From Alloascoidea hylecoeti (lineage: Eukaryota), in contig BCKZ01000008.1 in assembly GCA_001600815.1 (NCBI GenBank), positions 961,885 through 1,025,884 on the forward strand: a stretch of 64,000 bases of DNA, written 5' to 3'. The stretch's first letter is position 1; each line of letters begins with the position of its first letter. Below are positions 57,935-64,000 of this stretch, in pieces. A program made the translations under genes and the position numbers. The notes under the pieces were generated by a model that did no database searches, was not told the DNA's origin, and saw nothing but the letters and a program-made list of their open reading frames with translations.

Positions 57935-59978
57935 ATTGTCTTTAACCCCATCTAAATCCAAGGATAATTTAATTAATAATAAACCAAAAGATCTTGACCT
58001 TGAAAAAATCAAAAAATCAAAAGAGTTTGATCATGTTGTTTCCGAATCTTCAAACTTTTTGGAAATATCACCTGAACTTTTAGCATCTATTTCTCAAGAT
58101 AATCCAACAGATGATGATAAGGTTTCTTCGGATAAACTTGAAAAACAACAAGATGAAACATCATCCGAAAATGATAATCAACAATATAAAAGTCTTGCAC
58201 CAAAAAAAGTTATTAATGAATCACCAAAATTTGAAAGTTTCTCGAAAGATAAAGTTATAAATGAGCCAAGAAAACTTGAAGATTCATCATTGAAAGATAA
58301 AGTTGAAACAGTTAAAGAAACTGAAGTTTCAAAAGAAGTTGAAGCTAAGACTGGCAAGGATGAAGTAATAAAGAAAGTTGAAGTTATAAAAGAGACTGAA
58401 GTTATTACAGAAGTCGTTGAACCAACGGTTATCCCTGATGAGGATAAACAAACTGTCGAGGAACCAAAAAAGAATGAAAATGAAGTTATTGAAGAATCAA
58501 AAGAGATTAAAGCTGAACCAACGGTTATTGCAGATGAAGATAAACAGGCTGTCGATGAACCAAAAGAACAAGATATTGAAGAATTAAAAGAAAATGTTAT
58601 TGAAGAACCAAAAGAGACAGCTGAAATATTAAAAGAAGAAGCTCACGACTTAGAGAATTCTGTTGTAGAAACCAAGATTATTGAAGAGGAAACGACAAAA
58701 ACCGAAGTTATCAATGAATTAAAAGATGAAGTTGAAGTTAAATCTATAATAGAAACTAAAGTTGTAGAAACAATAATTAAAGATGATGAAAATTCCAGAG
58801 AAGTTGAAGAAGTAATAAAACCGGATCTTGATGTAAATTCAGACATCATCAACAAAGAAGAACCAGAAGAAGATAAAGGGGTTGAAGTTAGTAAAGAGAT
58901 TATTACAGAGAAAATATCAAATAGTGATGAAATAAAAGAAGCTGTTGAATTGAAGGAAACCGAAATTGTTAAAGAAGTTGACGTTAAGGAAGATGAATCT
59001 AAAGAAGATGAAGTTAAAGAAGTCGATGAAGTTAAAGAAGTCGATGAAGTTAAAGAAGTTGATGAAGTTAAAGAAGTTGATGAAGCTAAAGAAGTTGATG
59101 AAGTTAAAAAAGTTGACGTTAAAGAAGCTGATATTAAAGAAGATGATGTTAAAAAAGCTGATGTTAAAGAAGATGAGGTTGAAGCCGATGTTAAAGAAGT
59201 TGACCCCAAAGAAGATGAGGTTGAGGCCGATGTTAAAGAAGATGAGGTTGAGGCCGATGTTAAAGAAGATGAGGTTGAAGCCGATGTTAAAGAAGTTGAC
59301 CTCAAAGAAGTTGACGTTAAGGAGGTCGACGTTAAAGAGGGTGACGATAAAGATGCTGGCGTTAAAGAAGTTGAAGTTAAGGATGAAATCAAGGAGAATG
59401 GTGCTGATGTTTCCAAAGAACTTGAGGAGCCAAAGAAAGTTGATGAACCAGAGGAAATTGTAAATGATGCTGAAAAATCTGATAAGACAAATGATATTAA
59501 GGAAAATGCTAAAGAAGATTCTGATACGACTGCGGTTGCAGATGAATCCCAAACATCTAAAGAAATAGATCTTTCAAAATTAAAAGGAACCGAGTTTACA
59601 AAAGAGGTTGAAACACCTACGTCGGTCACAACTACAACCTCAACCACACCAATTGATTCAATTCAAAAAGAGGGAAAGGAAGAGGAGTTTGTAAAGGAAG
59701 ACTTACCAATTTATGTGTATACTTCATTAGCAGGAGGAGGTCGCAATCTAATGGCACATTACAATCGATTAATACAAATATTAAGTGCTAACAAAATAAA
59801 ATATACAATTGTTGATGTTGGTTCAGATGAAAAGGCTCAAAAGTTTTGGAGATGGCATAATAATGGTAAATCATTCCCAGCGGTTGTTTATGATGATGAA
59901 GTTAAAGGTGATTGGCAAGATTTCGAGGATGCCAATGAATTTGGTGAAGTTAAACAACAAATTTATGGTTGGAATTAG
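57111..59978 (+). CDS. AIP5: Aip5/YFR016C-like: long acidic disordered protein with C-terminal SH3BGR/glutaredoxin-like domain
   Basis: C-terminal IYVYTSLAGGG..YNRL..IL.AN.I...DV..DEKA...WR...P.VV..G...FEDANE. N-terminal MGNKTS myristoylation-like motif. Confidence 0.72.
58970..59380 (+). repeat. Coding minisatellites (EVKEVD; EDEVEADVK)
   Basis: 18-bp GATGAAGTTAAAGAAGTY and 27-bp GAAGATGAGGTTGARGCCGATGTTAAA units. Confidence 0.9.
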
Positions 59979-60332
59979 TATAGAAAATGATTATATTTTA
60001 TAATTATAAATAAGAATAAATTTAATTTTGATTTCTATAAGTGGTTAATTGTAGCTTACATCTGTAACAATTGCTTTATAAATATTAATAGTATTTTGAC
60101 ATTAACTACCTATAGCTACCTTATAAATAAATAATTAGAAAATACAGTTTGTGTATGGTGGTGAAATAATACAGTTAGATCTTACTATTTTCCCCCAAAC
60201 CTTTAGCTCACTATTAATTAAACAATTGCAACAACCACAAATACGGACATTGAAATTTTACAAGCTAGATATATTCATATATAATATATATATATTGTTT
60301 TTAAAGGATTAATACTCAATTGCTAAAAAAAA

Positions 60333-62248
60333 ATGAATTTAAACAGTAGAAAAATCACATATCGCAAAGAAAATGTTGAAAGGTTAGCGCCTATAAATGA
60401 AATGGATGTTGATGATAGTCCTTCAAATGATAAATTAGAAGATTCAAATACTTATACTGGATCTGGTAAAGGCCGAAGTGAACCCGTTTCCTTTGACATA
60501 TATGAATATGAACGTACTTTAATGGGTTCAGATGATCAAGAAAGCACGCCGAGTTCTCATATTTTTAGTCCAAAAGGTAATACAAGTATAAATTAAAAAA
60601 GCAATCATAATGTTAATATTAATATTAATAATTAAAAACTAAAAAAATTACAGGTAGTGACAGCTCTATCGAAGATGATACTCTAGCTCAGACAGATGAT
60701 ACCCCGGTCAATACAGATGATACTTTGGCTCATACAGATGATAATTATGAATATTTGAAACTCACTGCTCGTTATGGAAAAGAGTATGATGTTAGTACTT
60801 TTCCATTTAAGTTTAAATGCTTTACACTTGATAGTGATTATTTTGAAAGCATTCGAAATTCTTTATCTGCCCCAGCTAAATCTCTTTTTGAACCAGTTCC
60901 GGAAGGAACTTCTATATTCATGTGTGATAACTGGGACTGTCCTATGCCATGTACACCTTTGTCTGCTGTGACTTTATCTTGTGGTCTTAAACATTGTTTC
61001 AATTGCTGCCGATATTATTTCCAGGAAGAAATCAACCATGGGAAGGTACAAATAAGTTGTCCAGATCCAAAATTAAAGTGTTCAGCTAAGTATGATAATA
61101 AAATTGTTCAATATCTTGTTAGTGTGAAATCTTTTGAAAAATATATTTCAAATATTGATAAGAAGATTATCGAGATAAATGAAACTCTTAAAAAGTGTAT
61201 TAATCCTGAATGTGATTTAATAATTCGATTGGAATGTAATGATAAAGGAAAATTCAATTTCAGTTCAAATTTATCTAGTATGATACCATTTACTAAATGT
61301 GCTAATGGTCATCATCAATGTTTTGGATGTGGTATGGACGAAGATCATTCACCATTACCTTGTCATTTAGCAAAATTATGGAAAGATAGAGATTCAATTA
61401 CTAATTATAAGGCTCTAAAACCTCCTATATCAATAGGTTCAACACCATGTCCAAATGCATCTTGTGTTGGTTTCCCATTGGAGAAATGCACTGATGAGGA
61501 AGGTAATTATTTACATTGTGATGAATGCGATTCTGTATATTGTTGTTATTGTGGGGATAAATGGATTCATGAAATAAATCATGAATGTTTAAATCCTTGG
61601 CCTAAGAAAACTAGTTGGTCAAGTGATTACGAAACTACAATTGAGAAACATTTAGATGAACGACTTAATTTTTTTTATTATTATACACGATTTAAACATA
61701 TTGAAAATAAATCAAGTCGAAAAGATAATATTGCGTTATTAGATGATATTGAAGAAAAGTTATATACTTTATCAAAAGAAAAATCAATACCTTTGAGAGA
61801 AAGTGTCTTTATATGGAATATAATGAATTTTTTATTACAATGTCGACAGACTATTAAATGGACATATCCATTTTTATTTTTTTTATCAATTGGTGGTCAA
61901 AGTAAATCATTTATGATTAATTTTTATAAAGAAATTCAAAAAAAATTAGAATTTGGAATTGCAAATTTAGAAATGTTATATATAAATCCAATTGAAAGTC
62001 TTTTAGAACCTAAGTTGAAAGGGAAACTTTATAATTCGATTGAAAAAGTTTTCATTTCTTGGGAAGCAGTTTTATCCTTTTGGCCACATGGATTTCCAAA
62101 AGCTAGAAGTGGAGAATTAAAAGTATCAAGAGAGCTGCGATGGTTTAAAGCTGAAAGAGTTATTTATGATTATAAAGAAATAGAAGACGAATTTATACAA
62201 GATATGCAACCCACATTTGGTGGGATTAATGAGAACTCAAAGATCTAG
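60333..62248 (+). CDS. Divergent Ariadne/Hel1-type RBR E3 ligase; 2 exons (intron 60577-60653)
   Basis: The intron joins the 87-aa and 507-aa ORFs in frame. RING1 (C..HC..C..ISCP..C), IBR (CINPEC..C..GH..CFGC..H.P.PC), RING2 and Ariadne domain (YY.RF..., CRQTIKWTY.F.F). Confidence 0.82.
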
Positions 62249-62539
62249 TTAGCTTGAGATGTATATATGATAACATAAATATATTTATTAGGGCTATTTA
62301 AATTATTACCATTTTTAGCAACAGATCTGCTATAATTTTTCAAATCATCATTGTTCGTACGTATGATCAATCTATGGTGTTAATTAACCCATTTTCAATG
62401 TAGTCAACTTTCAGTGCTTACAGTACCAATATTTAATAGTTGCAATTGAAATCAAGAAAACTGAATTTTGTATGGCAATTGGGATATTATTTTACTTAAT
62501 TTAGGCCATTCGGATTACTAATTATCGGCTATTCCCATA

Positions 62540-62840
62540 ATTAATTTTAGACCACCTTATGGCACATTCATATGCAGTCCCATTGCAGGATATGGAACAA
62601 CTCCAGGAGCCAAATTCGGCCAAAACTAGGTTAATTGGAATGGCCTAAAATAAGTAGAACGAGTCCATTTAAATCCAATTGGTAAACTTTTAAAAGATCA
62701 TGTTAGAGGAGAAACTTTATGTAGATCCATTGAAAGTTTTCATTGGTTGGGAAAATATCATATAGGTATGCCATTCGGAGATTCAGAATCCTGAAATTAT
62801 ACTACTACAATAAAAGCGGTATACATGTAAAGCTAAAAGA
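62540..62840 (+). mobile_element. Decayed Tc1/mariner transposase C-terminal fragment
   Basis: LQD, LEWP....HLNPIG and GMP in order, resembling 'QDN', 'WP..SPDLNPIE' and 'SMP.R', with frameshifts. Confidence 0.4.
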
Positions 62841-62993
62841 GTTAGTGAATAGGGGTAGAGAAATAATAGATATAAGAATATATCTCATTGAAAATTTAAA
62901 GATCTAGTAAGCTAGAGATATAGTATTGCATAAATTAAAACAAAAATCTATTTTTTTAAAGTCACATATATATATATAAAATCATTACTTTTT

Positions 62994-64000
62994 TCAATTC
63001 CATTTTTCAATAGCACCATTTAAAGATGTTAAGATTTCAGTTGTTTGATTCCAATTTATACCATTTCTTGATAAACTTTCACCAGATTCAATTAATAAAC
63101 CTAAGACATTTTGATTTTTTAATTTATTATTATTAATATTTTCAATTAAATTATTAATTATTGATTTAATATGATTATAATTTGAACCACCACAATTAAT
63201 CATAACTCTTTTACCAGGGAATTTTTCATCATTTATAATATTATCATATTTTAAATTAATATCATTTTCATTTTTATTTTCTAAATTTAAATTTGATTCA
63301 TCAATAATAATAAAAGAATCTTCATTACCTGTTGTTCCAATAACAGCAGTTGTACCATATTTAGTAACAGATAAGAAATAATGTTCACTATTAATACTTT
63401 CCATACCATTTTTAGCAACAGATATACTATAATTTTTTAAATCACCATCTTTAGTATGAAAACCAATTGGATATGATAATCCACTTGCTAATTCTCGATG
63501 TAATTGACTTTCAGTACTTGCAGTACCAATAGTTGTAAGTGAAATTAAATCAGATAAATATTGTGGAGCAATTGTATCAACTAATTCACCACCAATTGGT
63601 ATATGTTGGGTTAATTCAAGTAATAGAGATCTTGCTATTGTCATTCCGGTATTTATTGTATATAAGCCATTTATAAAAGGATCGGAGATTAAACCTTTCC
63701 ATTCATTTTTACTAGTTACATTTCCATTTCCATTCTCAGTTATATTATTGTTATTGCTATATTGTGAAGGACGTTGATGTAAATTTGTCCTCATTATTAA
63801 TATTAAATTTGGACATAATAATTGTAAAGATGATAATTTTTTAGAAAAATCAATTGCTAAATCTTTTGAAAAAATAGCATCAGGTCCAACAACAATAACC
63901 ATTTTTTGAGATAACCCATGTAATGATTTAATTATTTCATTTCTTGAGCTTTGAATTATATCATAAGATTTTTTAGAAACTGGGAATTGAAATTGAAGAG
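62994..64000 (-). CDS. DAHP-synthase (Aro3/Aro4)-like protein with degenerate active site; N-terminus lies beyond the window
   Basis: Frame is open to base 64000. It has WKGLISDP, ELVDTIAPQYLSDL, TESQLHRELASGLSYPIGF, F.SVTKYG..A...T.GN and GLLIES. Confidence 0.85.
   Translation of the reverse strand, partial: LQFQFPVSKKSYDIIQSSRNEIIKSLHGLSQKMVIVVGPDAIFSKDLAIDFSKKLSSLQLLCPNLILIMRTNLHQRPSQYSNNNNITENGNGNVTSKNEWKGLISDPFINGLYTINTGMTIARSLLLELTQHIPIGGELVDTIAPQYLSDLISLTTIGTASTESQLHRELASGLSYPIGFHTKDGDLKNYSISVAKNGMESINSEHYFLSVTKYGTTAVIGTTGNEDSFIIIDESNLNLENKNENDINLKYDNIINDEKFPGKRVMINCGGSNYNHIKSIINNLIENINNNKLKNQNVLGLLIESGESLSRNGINWNQTTEILTSLNGAIEKWN

Noticed and set aside
58970..59380. Regularly spaced repeats that might suggest a CRISPR array
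   Set aside because: They are in-frame coding minisatellites without unique spacers, in a eukaryotic gene.
57416..59647. Long antisense and alternative-frame ORFs (198, 334, 211, 165 aa) over AIP5
   Set aside because: By-products of AAT and GAAGTT/GATGTT repeats that lack stops in other frames.

Overview
AT-rich fungal nuclear DNA, apparently from a budding yeast (Saccharomycotina) that keeps respiratory complex I and has short spliceosomal introns. It holds about 20 protein genes: DUF2841 protein, MXR1, HPM1, COX5, HOS4, MSG5-like phosphatase, NUIM/NDUFS8, a 58-aa GPI protein, a zinc-type ADH-like reductase, RFC2, Bul1-like, an 11-intron MSH5, IML2, TRS20, F-box, STS1, WSC, AIP5, a divergent RBR ligase and a DAHP-synthase-like pseudoenzyme. 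There are also two tRNA genes. The apparently empty intergenic blocks carry most of the interest. (1) Both tRNA genes are abutted by 5'-truncated relics of one non-LTR (LINE) retrotransposon family, each with its 5' end facing the tRNA. One lies upstream of tRNA-Leu and one downstream of tRNA-Val, which suggests a tRNA-gene-targeted LINE like Dictyostelium TRE5/TRE3. (2) Two decayed endogenous RNA-virus fragments were read by hand from motif order: an alpha-like (+)ssRNA helicase+RdRp at ~16.6-18.3 kb, stacked behind the first LINE, and a (-)ssRNA-type polymerase at ~42.6-43.4 kb, part of which is duplicated as a ~150-bp inverted repeat. (3) There are several Tc1/mariner relics, one with both TIRs, and host pseudogenes (GDA1, RING). 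All calls come from manual reading and no searches were run. The viral calls in particular need profile-HMM confirmation.
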